A stretch of DNA of 64,000 nucleotides, from the NCBI GenBank assembly GCA_045579505.1, contig JAZNMH010000027.1, positions 11,434 to 75,433 on the forward strand, given 5' to 3'. The notes beneath the pieces are model-generated. The model had not been told where the DNA came from. It ran no database searches and worked only from the letters and a program-made list of their open reading frames with translations. The first letter of the stretch is position 1. Each line of letters starts with the position of its first letter. A program made the position numbers and the translations under genes. Positions 52,863 through 62,500 of the stretch are shown in pieces. Source of the stretch: Paludibacteraceae bacterium. GTDB taxonomy: Bacteria; Bacteroidota; Bacteroidia; Bacteroidales; Paludibacteraceae.

Positions 52863-53765
52863 ATGGCAGCACATCAAGTAAACGTGTACTTTTGGTTAAT
52901 AGACACGATCGCCTCTGGTCGTCTTACCCGTGACGACATCAACCGCCGTTGGGCTAACTGTCGCTACAATGATAATCACGAATCAATATTCCCAGAGCGC
53001 AAGTTCCATCGTTACAAAGACGAGATTCAGGAGATTTTTGATGTAGAGATTCGTTGCAACAGAAGCCAAAACTACTACTACATTGACAACAAAGACGACA
53101 TCTCAGGCGGTTTCACCCGCAAGTGGCTGCTCAATGCTATGGCTGTCCACTCCATGATGGATCAAGCACAAGATATGAACGAGTGTATTCTCTACGAGGA
53201 TATTCCAGAAGGTACCCAATACCTAAGTTTGATTGTAGATGCCATCAAACAACGCCACCAATTACGTTTCACCTACTATAGTTTCAATAGCCAAGAACAA
53301 TACGAGCTCACACTCGCGCCCTACTGCCTCAAAGTATTCAAACAACGTTGGTATGTAGCAGGTTGTCCCTCTACCCACCCTACCGAGAAACGTATCTACG
53401 CTCTTGACCGCGTAAAGGAGATGCGACCAACAGACCTACCATTTGAGTACCCAAAAGACTTCAACGCCAAAGAGTTCTTCGCTCCATATTACGGTGTCTT
53501 CCGTGACCAAAAACCAACCAAAGTCGTTATTGAAGCCACGCAAAAATCAGCTAAGTTCCTACGCCTATTACCTTTACATGCCTCACAGAAAGAGATATGC
53601 CAGGTTCAAGAGAACACTTTTTTCGAGTACCACATTGCTCCTACCTTTGACTTCATCCAAGAATTACGCACACACGGCACCGACATTCGCGTGAGAGAAC
53701 CTCAGAAACTGGTTCAACTCTTCCGCGACGAAGCAGAAAAGGCATACCAGATGTATTGCCAGTAA
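52863..53765 (+). CDS. WYL-domain transcriptional regulator (HTH-WYL-WCX architecture)
   Basis: About 300 aa counted from the ATG at 52863 (MAAHQVNVYFWLIDTIASGRLTRDDINRRW). An alternative ATG lies at 52821. The WYL core is LAPYCLKVFKQRWYVAGC...RIYALDRV. Confidence 0.75.
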   Translation: MAAHQVNVYFWLIDTIASGRLTRDDINRRWANCRYNDNHESIFPERKFHRYKDEIQEIFDVEIRCNRSQNYYYIDNKDDISGGFTRKWLLNAMAVHSMMDQAQDMNECILYEDIPEGTQYLSLIVDAIKQRHQLRFTYYSFNSQEQYELTLAPYCLKVFKQRWYVAGCPSTHPTEKRIYALDRVKEMRPTDLPFEYPKDFNAKEFFAPYYGVFRDQKPTKVVIEATQKSAKFLRLLPLHASQKEICQVQENTFFEYHIAPTFDFIQELRTHGTDIRVREPQKLVQLFRDEAEKAYQMYCQ

Positions 53766-53826
53766 CACACCCCACCGAAGATACCCAACCTCACAAAATA
53801 ACACAACCGCAGCGCAGCTGCCACAA

Positions 53827-53873
53827 CAAAAAACAAAAAAAAGTGCATTTTTTTGCACTTTTTTTGTTTTTTG
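53827..53873. terminator. Long A/T-rich palindrome after the WYL gene
   Basis: CAAAAAACAAAAAAAAGTGCA-tttttt-TGCACTTTTTTTGTTTTTTG has a GC core of only 5 bp. It could act in either direction. Confidence 0.45.
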
Positions 53874-53909
53874 TACTACCTTATGACAAGTTTTGACAGT
53901 TTAAAGCAG

Positions 53910-53917
53910 TACCTTTG
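53910..53917 (+). promoter_or_regulatory. -7 promoter box (TACCTTTG)
   Basis: TACCTTTG lies 68 nt upstream of the small ORF at 53985. Confidence 0.45.
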
Positions 53918-53984
53918 CACCAGATTTCAGAAATGAACCATCAAATATTAAATATTAATTATTAACTATTAACCACTCACTACT

Positions 53985-54098
53985 ATGCAATTGGAATTTA
54001 ACTTCAACCAAAAAGACCTGCAAACTAACGCAAAGGAGTTCTTTAGCAACATGTACAGCATTCTGATTTGGATGCAAATCCTCTCACAACAAGCATAA
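53985..54098 (+). CDS. Possible 37-aa small ORF
   Basis: The ATG-started MQLEFNFNQKDLQTNAKEFFSNMYSILIWMQILSQQA lies between a -7 box and the next gene. It is below the ORF-track cutoff and has no family support. Confidence 0.2.
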   Translation: MQLEFNFNQKDLQTNAKEFFSNMYSILIWMQILSQQA

Positions 54099-54139
54099 GT
54101 AATTAACCCATTAATATTCACTTTTAAATTATTACCATT

Positions 54140-54511
54140 ATGACAACCAACAACAAGGTGAATTCACTCACCACCCCAACCGAACACATTACTGAGATTC
54201 AACCCAGCCGCATGCAGAACTACCGTTTGCACCTTCGCACGATTACCAACGGGCTCATTGAGATGGCAAAAGCCGCAGGGCGTACCAAATACACCTGCAA
54301 TCAATTGCTCCGCGAATGTTACAATCTCGTCGATGCTGAATTTCATACCTACGATGAGTGGAAAGAACAGGGTGCATTTGTTCGCCGTGGCGAACATGCC
54401 TACCTCTTTTGGGGCGCACCTATCACCAATGAGAGGGGTATCCGCTACTGCCCAGTAGAGTTCCGTTTCTCTCGCGAACAGGTACGCTTCAAAGAAGTCA
54501 ATACCCTCTAA
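54140..54511 (+). CDS. Small protein resembling the ArdC N-terminal (DUF1738) ssDNA-binding domain
   Basis: 123 aa. FHTYDEWKEQGAFVRRGEHAYLFWG resembles the W-x-T-F-x-Q-A-x3-G-x-V-[RK]-KGEK block of ArdC-N. Confidence 0.45.
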   Translation: MTTNNKVNSLTTPTEHITEIQPSRMQNYRLHLRTITNGLIEMAKAAGRTKYTCNQLLRECYNLVDAEFHTYDEWKEQGAFVRRGEHAYLFWGAPITNERGIRYCPVEFRFSREQVRFKEVNTL

Positions 54512-54537
54512 AACATACCGCAGCGTCCACTAAACAA

Positions 54538-54568
54538 AAATAGGCTACCAATTGCTGGTAGCCTATTT
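54538..54568. terminator. Bidirectional terminator hairpin between convergent genes
   Basis: AAATAGGCTACCA-attgc-TGGTAGCCTATTT forms a 13-bp perfect stem with A/T runs on both sides. Confidence 0.65.
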
Positions 54569-54588
54569 CTATAAGTACGAAACGAGGA

Positions 54589-56781
54589 TTACTTCACTTG
54601 AGCACCAAGTACATTGTAAACATTCTCGCCACGAATAATCATCAATTGACCATTCTCAATAACCTTAACAGGAACTTCAACGGTCACTACATCCTCTACA
54701 CCAGTACCAGTAGATTCAAGTGTTACTACTACTTGAGTAGCACGTACTTGGTTAACAGAAGCTGAGAAAACAATCTCAGAAGCAGAACCTGTCCATGTAC
54801 CAACAGGACCAGCATAGGTATAATCGCCACCATCAACTGTGAAGCAGCCAGGACCATATTGAGCATCATCATTGGCAGTGCAAGTGAACTCTACTTTCAC
54901 GATATTACCAACCGTAGAGGTGAGTGTGAGAGTTTGGTTCTTGTAGATACGATAGTGGGTCTCGTCGTTGTATATGCCAAGACGACCTGAGGATACAGCC
55001 ATAGTCACACCATTTTTAGCCACCTCATAAGCAGCTACGGTTTCTGATGCATTACCTTGATCTACATCAGCATCAAAGGTAACTGCGCCATCAGTTGTTG
55101 GAGGAGTTGGAGGAGTTACAGGATCATCTGTGGTCTCTTCTGTCAATATAATTTCCTCATAATCAGCATCTGCATCCATTGCATATACATTAACTACTTG
55201 GTCAAACTTATATGTTTTGCCATCAGTTCCAACATAAGACCCAATAAATGAATACATGTTGCCTTCTACGTCAGTATTCTTAATAGTCAAAGTACCAACT
55301 TCATCACCCATTTCTATAGAGTCGTTTGCACTTGTCCACAAACCTGCATAAAGCAAATCATATGTACCATTAAGAGCAGTTTTGCTCTTAGCCTCAACAA
55401 TGAGATATACCTCTGGATAGACGATCTCGTATGTATCAGGGTTCAAACCTTTATACAAATCTATGTCATAATACGCAACACCTTCATACTCATAGTAATA
55501 TGCATCTGCATAAGACAAATCTTTAACATTTACTACATCTGTATCAGGAGTTTCACCACCTGCGAGCAATGGGTTTGTACTATTCCAGATGTAAGCAGCA
55601 CCCTTACCTACGGTCTCATAAGTGCTACCCATATAGTTTGTCAATTCACCATATACAACTACAAAGTCACCTACTGCCACAGCATTAGGATCGGTAATCT
55701 TCTCACCATTAGGACCATACACTTGGTAAGCCATAAAGTCCTCTTGTGAGTTTGCACCTTTCACATTCTCCATATAGAATTGTGCATTACCAAAGTTGGC
55801 AACACCATCTGCGTGTTTGCTGTGGATTTTCTTTACATAACCCATTACATAATACTTTGTACCTGTAGTTTCGCCACTTGCCAAACCTGCACAGATTGCA
55901 CGTGCTTGAAGAACATCAATTGCCTCTGCTGGAATGTTCCAACCTTGTGCCTCTGCAGGAATCTCAATTGTGGTTGTACCTGGATTTACTGGAGTCTCAG
56001 GCTCTTCAGGAGTCTCGCCACCTTCACCTGCGGTGATAATCGTCATAGAACCACCCGCAGTAGTCTCTGGGGTATTGCCATAGTAGTTAACCAAATTACC
56101 TGTTACTTCAATATAATCGTTTACTTTAACGGCTTGGTCTGCAGCATTAATTGGTTTTACACGAAAAGCAAGAAATACCTGACCACCACCTTTTTCGTCT
56201 GCCATCCAGCAAGATACATTTTTATATTGATCGGTATAAGCCTCTTTAATCTCTGTTACATAACCACGGATAGTATAAGTTTCAGTAGTAGCAGTCTCGC
56301 CTGTTGCCTCGCAAATTGCTACTGCCTCAGCGCAAGTGATAACACCTTCGGGATTCTCAGGAGTTACAGGAGTCTCTGGCTCTTCTGGAGTCTCGCCACC
56401 CTCGCCCAAAGTAACGGTAATGCTCGTGAAACGGGCTTGGTTAGTTAATGTTGCACTCCAAGAAGTCGCACCTACGGTGTAAGATTCTTCCAAATCACCA
56501 TTGTAATAGCGATTATTGTACGTATCAAACGTAAATGCAAGTGAAGAAATAGTTTCTGAAGCAGAGATGGTTACTACACCTTCTTTGTAACAACGGAGAG
56601 CATAGGTATTACCAAATCCCTTGTCGCATGATACAGTAACACCATCTTTTGTTGCCTCAACATACGAACCTGTACCGGTGGTGCCTTGATTCAAGAAATC
56701 TTCAGGACCAAAGGTAACAACGCCAGCAAAGCTCATCATACTGAAGAGCAGTGCGCTAAAGAACATTGTAATTTTTTTCAT
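54589..56781 (-). CDS. Repetitive secreted or cell-surface protein with the same C-terminal sorting motif as the amylases
   Basis: 730 aa with a signal peptide. It has duplicated GEGGETPEEPETPV linkers, each followed by a domain of about 100 aa (CAEAVAICEA...YIEVTGNLVNYYGN and LQARAICAG...VVVYGELTNYMGS). The tail is KVIENGQLMIIRGENVYNVLG. Confidence 0.75.
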   Translation of the reverse strand: MKKITMFFSALLFSMMSFAGVVTFGPEDFLNQGTTGTGSYVEATKDGVTVSCDKGFGNTYALRCYKEGVVTISASETISSLAFTFDTYNNRYYNGDLEESYTVGATSWSATLTNQARFTSITVTLGEGGETPEEPETPVTPENPEGVITCAEAVAICEATGETATTETYTIRGYVTEIKEAYTDQYKNVSCWMADEKGGGQVFLAFRVKPINAADQAVKVNDYIEVTGNLVNYYGNTPETTAGGSMTIITAGEGGETPEEPETPVNPGTTTIEIPAEAQGWNIPAEAIDVLQARAICAGLASGETTGTKYYVMGYVKKIHSKHADGVANFGNAQFYMENVKGANSQEDFMAYQVYGPNGEKITDPNAVAVGDFVVVYGELTNYMGSTYETVGKGAAYIWNSTNPLLAGGETPDTDVVNVKDLSYADAYYYEYEGVAYYDIDLYKGLNPDTYEIVYPEVYLIVEAKSKTALNGTYDLLYAGLWTSANDSIEMGDEVGTLTIKNTDVEGNMYSFIGSYVGTDGKTYKFDQVVNVYAMDADADYEEIILTEETTDDPVTPPTPPTTDGAVTFDADVDQGNASETVAAYEVAKNGVTMAVSSGRLGIYNDETHYRIYKNQTLTLTSTVGNIVKVEFTCTANDDAQYGPGCFTVDGGDYTYAGPVGTWTGSASEIVFSASVNQVRATQVVVTLESTGTGVEDVVTVEVPVKVIENGQLMIIRGENVYNVLGAQVK

Positions 56782-56838
56782 ACTGAATAAATTTGAAGTT
56801 AATATTAAAATTTGTTATGGTATTCCGTTAAAAACGTG

Positions 56839-56846
56839 CAAAGGTA
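56839..56846 (-). promoter_or_regulatory. -7 promoter box (TACCTTTG) for 56781-54589
   Basis: The reverse strand reads TACCTTTG, 58 nt upstream of the ATG at 56781. Confidence 0.45.
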
Positions 56847-56899
56847 CAAATAATTCTTCACATACACAAAAAAAATTTGCATTTTTCCACAAAAAGTTG

Positions 56900-56907
56900 T
56901 ACCTTTG
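56900..56907 (+). promoter_or_regulatory. -7 promoter box (TACCTTTG) for the activator/recF pair
   Basis: TACCTTTG lies 19 nt upstream of the ATG at 56926. Confidence 0.45.
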
Positions 56908-56925
56908 CAGCAAAATCTGAAAATT

Positions 56926-58092
56926 ATGGCTAAAATTCTTATCATAGATGATGAGCGCGCCATTCGCAATACGCTCAAGGAGATTTTGGAGTTCGAGGGT
57001 TACACGATCGACGTAGCCGAGAATGGTCGTGCCGGTTTAGACCGCGCACTAATAGGAGCATACGACCTCATCTTCACGGATATCAAGATGCCCGAGCTCG
57101 ATGGGCTGGAGTTTCTATCCCACTACCGCGCAGGCATGGCTGAGCACAATAGCGAAGAGGCCCCCGTTGTAGTCATCACGGGACATGGATCCGTGGATAC
57201 AGCCGTAGATGCACTCAAAGGCGGCGCCTTCGATTTTATCCAGAAGCCGCTGGATCTCAACCGCTTACTCCTAACCACCAAGCACGCGCTGGAGCACAAA
57301 TCGCTGGTGCAAGAGACCAAGGTGCTACGCAAGAAAGTGAGCAAGCGCAATCAGATGATAGGCGAGAGTGCCGCTATCGAGCGCGTGCGCGCAATCATAG
57401 ATAAGGTAGCCCCCACTGAGGCACGCGTGCTCATCACAGGCTCCAACGGTACTGGCAAGGAGGTCGTAGCACATCTCATCTACGAGAATAGCCAACGTGC
57501 CAAAGGCCCAATGGTGGAGGTCAACTGTGCCGCTATACCCAGCGAACTCATTGAGAGTGAGCTGTTTGGACATATGAAGGGGAGCTTCACGGGCGCAGTC
57601 AAAGACCGTGCTGGTAAGTTCGAACAGGCAGACGGAGGAACGCTCTTCCTCGATGAGATTGGCGACATGAGCCTCTCTGCCCAGACCAAGGTATTGCGCG
57701 CCCTGCAAGAGAATGAGATCACTCGCGTGGGCAGCGACAAAACCATCAAGGTCAACGTGCGCGTCATCGCCGCTACGAACAAGGATCTGAAGAAGGAAAT
57801 CGAGAAAGGCAACTTCCGCGAGGACCTCTATCACCGCCTCAATGTCATACCTATTCACGTCCCAGATCTCAAGGACAGAAAAGAAGATATCCCACTGCTG
57901 GTCAATCACTTCATCCAGCAGATTTGCGCCGAACAAGGCTGGAAAGTCAAGTCCATCAACGATGAGGCTATCATTGCCCTGCAACAACACCATTGGCCAG
58001 GTAACATCCGCGAACTTCGTAACGTGATAGAGCGCCTTATCATTCTCTCAGCAGACACTATCACAGCAGAAGATGTCAGCTTATACATCTAA
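56926..58092 (+). CDS. Sigma-54-dependent response regulator (receiver plus AAA+) lacking a C-terminal DNA-binding domain
   Basis: 388 aa counted from the ATG at 56926 (MAKILIIDDERAIRN). Walker A is GSNGTGKE, and GAFTGA, ESELFGH and RVIAATN are present. The protein ends about 20 aa after NIRELRNVIERL with no Fis-type HTH. Confidence 0.88.
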   Translation: MAKILIIDDERAIRNTLKEILEFEGYTIDVAENGRAGLDRALIGAYDLIFTDIKMPELDGLEFLSHYRAGMAEHNSEEAPVVVITGHGSVDTAVDALKGGAFDFIQKPLDLNRLLLTTKHALEHKSLVQETKVLRKKVSKRNQMIGESAAIERVRAIIDKVAPTEARVLITGSNGTGKEVVAHLIYENSQRAKGPMVEVNCAAIPSELIESELFGHMKGSFTGAVKDRAGKFEQADGGTLFLDEIGDMSLSAQTKVLRALQENEITRVGSDKTIKVNVRVIAATNKDLKKEIEKGNFREDLYHRLNVIPIHVPDLKDRKEDIPLLVNHFIQQICAEQGWKVKSINDEAIIALQQHHWPGNIRELRNVIERLIILSADTITAEDVSLYI

Positions 58093-58101
58093 ACGCAGCG
58101 A

Positions 58102-59226
58102 ATGATTCTTAAGGAAATCAGCATACTCAACTATAAGAACATCCGAGAAGCCACCCTTCGCTTCTCGGATAAACTCAACTGCTTTGTTGGCCTCAATGGC
58201 CAAGGCAAGACCAATCTGCTCGATGCCATCTACTACCTCAGTTTCACCAAGTCCGCATACAACGCTATTGATAGTCAGAATATTACGCACACAGAAGACA
58301 TGGCTATGATTCAGGGGCGATACATATTTGACAACTCTCCTACGGAAGAAGAAACCATTTCTTGCGGCATCAAACGCGGCATTAAAAAGCAGTTCCGCCG
58401 CGGCAAAAAAGACTACAAACGCCTCATCGAGCACATAGGACTCATTCCGCTGGTCATGGTCAGTCCGCAGGACAGCGAACTCATCAGCGAAGGTAGCGAT
58501 GAGCGCAGGCGCTTCATGGATGGCGTCATATCGCAATACGACAAAGTCTATCTGGAGCACCTCATGCAGTACAACGCCCTGCTCAAGCAGCGCAACGCCC
58601 TGCTAAAGCAATATGAGGATCATCCTCAGCAAGCACCTGTCGAACTCTTCGAAGTGATTGAATTGCAGATGGTTCAACACGCTTGGTACATCTACGAGAA
58701 GCGCACCGACTTTATCCAGCACTTCGTGCCTGCTTTCCAAGCCATGTACACCGCCATCTCGGGCGATAGCGAGCAGGTTTCTCTGCTTTATGTTTCGCAA
58801 CTTCAGGAGCGCGACCTGCAAGAGGCTTTCGCCCGCACACGCCAGCGCGACCTGGCAGTAGGATGGACCACACAAGGTATTCACAAGGATGAGTTAGACA
58901 TGCGACTCGGTGAGTATCCCCTCAAACGTGTGGGCAGTCAGGGACAACAGAAATCCTATCTCCTTGCCATGAAACTGGGGCAAGCCATCTTCCTCGGCAA
59001 GCCTATCTTGCTCTTAGATGACATCTTCGACAAACTGGACGCAGAGCGTGTAGAGCGTATCATTCATTTGGTGAGCAGCGAACAGTTTGGACAGATCTTC
59101 ATCACGGACACCGACCGCCAACACCTAATCACAATGCTTGATAAGATGCCTAACATCGCTACCGCATTTCAGGTGAGCGATGGGCAATTCCATGCCCTCC
59201 CCCTCCTGGACGCCAAACTCCGGTAG
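58102..59226 (+). CDS. recF: DNA replication and repair protein RecF
   Basis: 374 aa with Walker A GLNGQGKTNLLDAIYYLS, signature GSQGQQKS and Walker B ILLLDDIFDKLD. Confidence 0.95.
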   Translation: MILKEISILNYKNIREATLRFSDKLNCFVGLNGQGKTNLLDAIYYLSFTKSAYNAIDSQNITHTEDMAMIQGRYIFDNSPTEEETISCGIKRGIKKQFRRGKKDYKRLIEHIGLIPLVMVSPQDSELISEGSDERRRFMDGVISQYDKVYLEHLMQYNALLKQRNALLKQYEDHPQQAPVELFEVIELQMVQHAWYIYEKRTDFIQHFVPAFQAMYTAISGDSEQVSLLYVSQLQERDLQEAFARTRQRDLAVGWTTQGIHKDELDMRLGEYPLKRVGSQGQQKSYLLAMKLGQAIFLGKPILLLDDIFDKLDAERVERIIHLVSSEQFGQIFITDTDRQHLITMLDKMPNIATAFQVSDGQFHALPLLDAKLR

Positions 59227-59319
59227 CCAGATGCCGGTAGCCAGATGCCGGTAGCCAGACGTCGGAAGCCAGACGCCGGTAGCCGGATGCCAGACGCCGA
59301 ACGCCGGAAGCCAGACACC
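59206..59319. repeat. Array of about eight 14-nt units (CCGGTAGCCAGATG family; underlying 7-nt period)
   Basis: The units read ctggacgccaaact / ccggtagccagatg x2 / ccggtagccagacg / tcggaagccagacg / ccggtagccggatg / ccagacg / ccgaacg / ccggaagccagaca. The array starts inside the last 7 codons of recF and supplies its stop codon. Confidence 0.9.
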
Positions 59320-59412
59320 AAAAAACATCCCTTTTCTTTGGAAAAATATACCTTTCTTTAATAATCGCGTGTGTACATACGCGAGAAATTTGCATATTCC
59401 AAATACTTATAT

Positions 59413-59420
59413 TAATTTTG
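59413..59420 (+). promoter_or_regulatory. -7 promoter box (TAATTTTG) for the large surface protein gene
   Basis: It matches TAnnTTTG and lies 95 nt upstream of the ATG at 59515. Confidence 0.4.
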
Positions 59421-59514
59421 CAGCGTATTTTGGATTTTTATGCGGTTATTTTATCGTGTGAATCTTAACAAAATGAATTTTAGGTACGAAAAATATTAAC
59501 AAACAACATAATTT

Positions 59515-62500
59515 ATGAAAAAAAATTACTTCTTGCTATTGCTTATGCTGATAGGGCTAATAGTCAATAGCACAACAGCGCATGCTCAACAAGTGCCTAA
59601 CCCAAGTTTCGAGGACTGGAGTGGTGAGAAATTTGATGGCAACATTCAACCTAAAGATTGGTATGTTAGCAACATCAGTCAAGCAGGACTCAATTTTAAC
59701 CTTGCAAATCAAGAGGCAGGCCATACGGGCAAATATTCTCTTATGGTTAAGGATACTAAGGTTGGTGCAAACATCATGGGTATAGAAATCACTGAGATTT
59801 CTCCTGGTTATTTTTCATTGGGTAAGCCATGGAGTTACATTGATGGAATTGACACGAAAACTGCCACTGCAGGTACTTCGGGAGGTATTAAATTTACCCA
59901 TCGTCCAGACACCATGTCAGTATGGATTAAGCGTACTGGTCCTAATACGGACTTAGAAGATTTCTACCTCATATACTTTTCATGGTCAGGCACTGCCAAA
60001 TCCAGCAAATATGAGAGTAAGTCTAGAGCTTGTGCCAGCGTTACTCAAGAAAACGAAGAGAGTGACATCCGTCAGGCATTGAATGCCAATACTTGCGGAA
60101 CAGACCAAATGGCTAATCAAATATCCGAAGGCATGTGGCGCGAGAAGAAGGAGTATGGCGAGTGGACGAATATCCGCGTACCTATTTACTATTTCAACGA
60201 TGATGTGCCAGAAATGATGAACATGATTTTCTCGGCATCCAACTATCCTAACTTCCGTGCAAAAGATGGACTATATGAAAACAACGCGCTCTATGTGGAT
60301 GATATCGAACTCATTTATTCATCCAAGATTGACAAACTCTACATCCGTGAACGCGAGTGGAAGGCTTTCGACCCTAACAGCTCGGAGGAGCAAGTCTATT
60401 CTGTGGGCAAAGCCACCGAGATTCCTGATGTCTTCGGTGTGCGCGGTGTAGGTTCGCTCACCAACGCACGTGGCAATACTGCCACTTTCCCGGGTCGCAA
60501 GCTCACCAGTGACGAGTTCCAAATCATGCAAAAAGGCGCTATTGATGGCGACCCTATGATTATTCAGGTCAATGCTACTGACGGTAGCAGCACTACTACC
60601 TATAAGATTAAGTTCGTTTCCGCAGCATCCAACAATGCTCGCCTGGCGGACATTCAGGTCAATGGCACCACTATTGAGGGCTTCAACGCTTACCTCAACA
60701 CCTACAATGTGCAACTGCCATACGGCACAACCGAAGTGCCTGTTGTCTCTGCTACCGCACAAGATGCTGGTGCTACTGTGACTATCACGCAACCCACCAG
60801 CACCACGGGCACAGCCACTATCCATGTAGCTGCGGCAGATGGCAAGACCAAACAAGACTACACCCTGAATTTCTCTGTAGCTGGACTCTCTGACAACACA
60901 CTTCAGGCTATCTACATGGATGGCGAGCTCGTTCCTGGCTTCACACCTACCAAGAACAATTACATCATCTCCCTCCCTCTGGGCACGACCGAAGCGCCTA
61001 TCATCACTTGGCAATCCGCTTATGCCGATGGTGCACAGACCATTGCGCTCATCAAGAACAGCCTCGAGGAAGGCGCACAGATCACCGTCTCTGCTCCTGC
61101 GGCGCAAAACACGCGTACCTACAAACTGACCTATAAGATTGAGGCTTCCTCCTACGCATATTTGGCTGGCATTAGTCTCAATGGTCTGCCTATCGAGGGC
61201 TTCACCCCAGAGCAGACCAGCTACTCTATCACCTTGCCTATCGGCACAACAACCTTGCCTGCTATCACTTGGACACAGGGTGACCCATATCAAACAGTAG
61301 CACTCACCGAGGGCGGCGTGGATGGTACCACTCGTATTGTCGTTACTGCGGCAGCAGGCAACACCGTTACCTATCGCCTCAACTTCTCCACCGAGAAGTC
61401 CACGAATAACGCGCTGCAAGGCATTGCCCTTGATGGCAAACCGCTGGAAGGCTTCCACCCTGATACGCTCAACTATACACTCACCTTGCCTGCGGGTACA
61501 ACCACTTTGCCTGTTGTCACCTATACTCCAGGCGATGATTATCAGACCGTTTCTGTCAGCACCATCGCAGCTACCAACACGGTGCGTATTCTGGTGAAAG
61601 CAGGTAATGGTTCATCTCGCGTTTACACGCTGACCTTCGTGATTGAGAAATCGGCCAACGCGCTTCTGAAGATGATTTACCTCGACGGCGATAGCCTCGA
61701 GAACTTCGTGCCAGACCAACTGACCTACGTTGTGGCGCTGGAACAGGAGATTATACCTAATGTTACTGTGGACCAAAGTCCAGACCAGAAAGTTAACATC
61801 ACCCAACCAGCCAATTTCGGTACCGCGCACATCGTGGTTCAACCAGAGGTAGGCACACCTGTGGAATATACCATTATCTTCATGTCCGCTGCCGAACCTA
61901 CTATCCCTGAGTTCGATACCAACGCTTTCCCATTGTCATCCAACACCTCCTTGGCGGCCATTTACATTAACGGCGAGTTGTTTGTGGAGAACCCAAGCGC
62001 AGAGACTTACACCTACGAGCTCCCATGGCGTACCGCACAAGTGCCATCGGTAGTTCCTGTAGCGGGCGCATTGGGACAAACCATCACGGTGACCAGTCCT
62101 GGTCTCAACCAGACTACCACTATCCACGTGGTAGCAGAGGACGGCAGCAGCTCAGCTGACTATGCGATTACTTTCCCTGTTCAGAAGAGCAGCAACACCC
62201 AGCTCGAACTTATTGAGGTAGAGGGCATTATGTTCGACTACGATCCTGCTGTACGTGAATACACTATTGCTCTGCCAAATGGCACCACCACTCTCCCTGC
62301 TATCACCTTTACTAAGGCAGAGGTTGAGCAACGCGTAGAACTCCACACGAACGGAATCGCTCAGCCAGCCACCCTCAAAGTCGCAGCGGAGGATGGCACC
62401 GAGGCTACTTATACCCTCCACTTCCACATCACTTATTCTGCGGAACCTAACACCCTGCAATCTATCATTGTGGATAATATCGGAGCATTAGACCTCGCTG

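Noticed and set aside
53933-53965. 10-aa ORF (MNHQILNINY) after the -7 box at 53910
   Set aside because: It is too short, lies in a very AT-rich tract and has no supporting feature.
59206-59319. Tandem arrays considered as CRISPR arrays
   Set aside because: The units are 7-14 nt with no unique spacers. There are no cas genes in the window. The 11-mer and 21-mer arrays fail for the same reason.
59125-59395. Minus-strand ORFs 59125-59328 and 59159-59395 encoding WLP/ASG repeat peptides
   Set aside because: They are translations of the 14-nt array and overlap the 3' end of recF. They have no start context or family.
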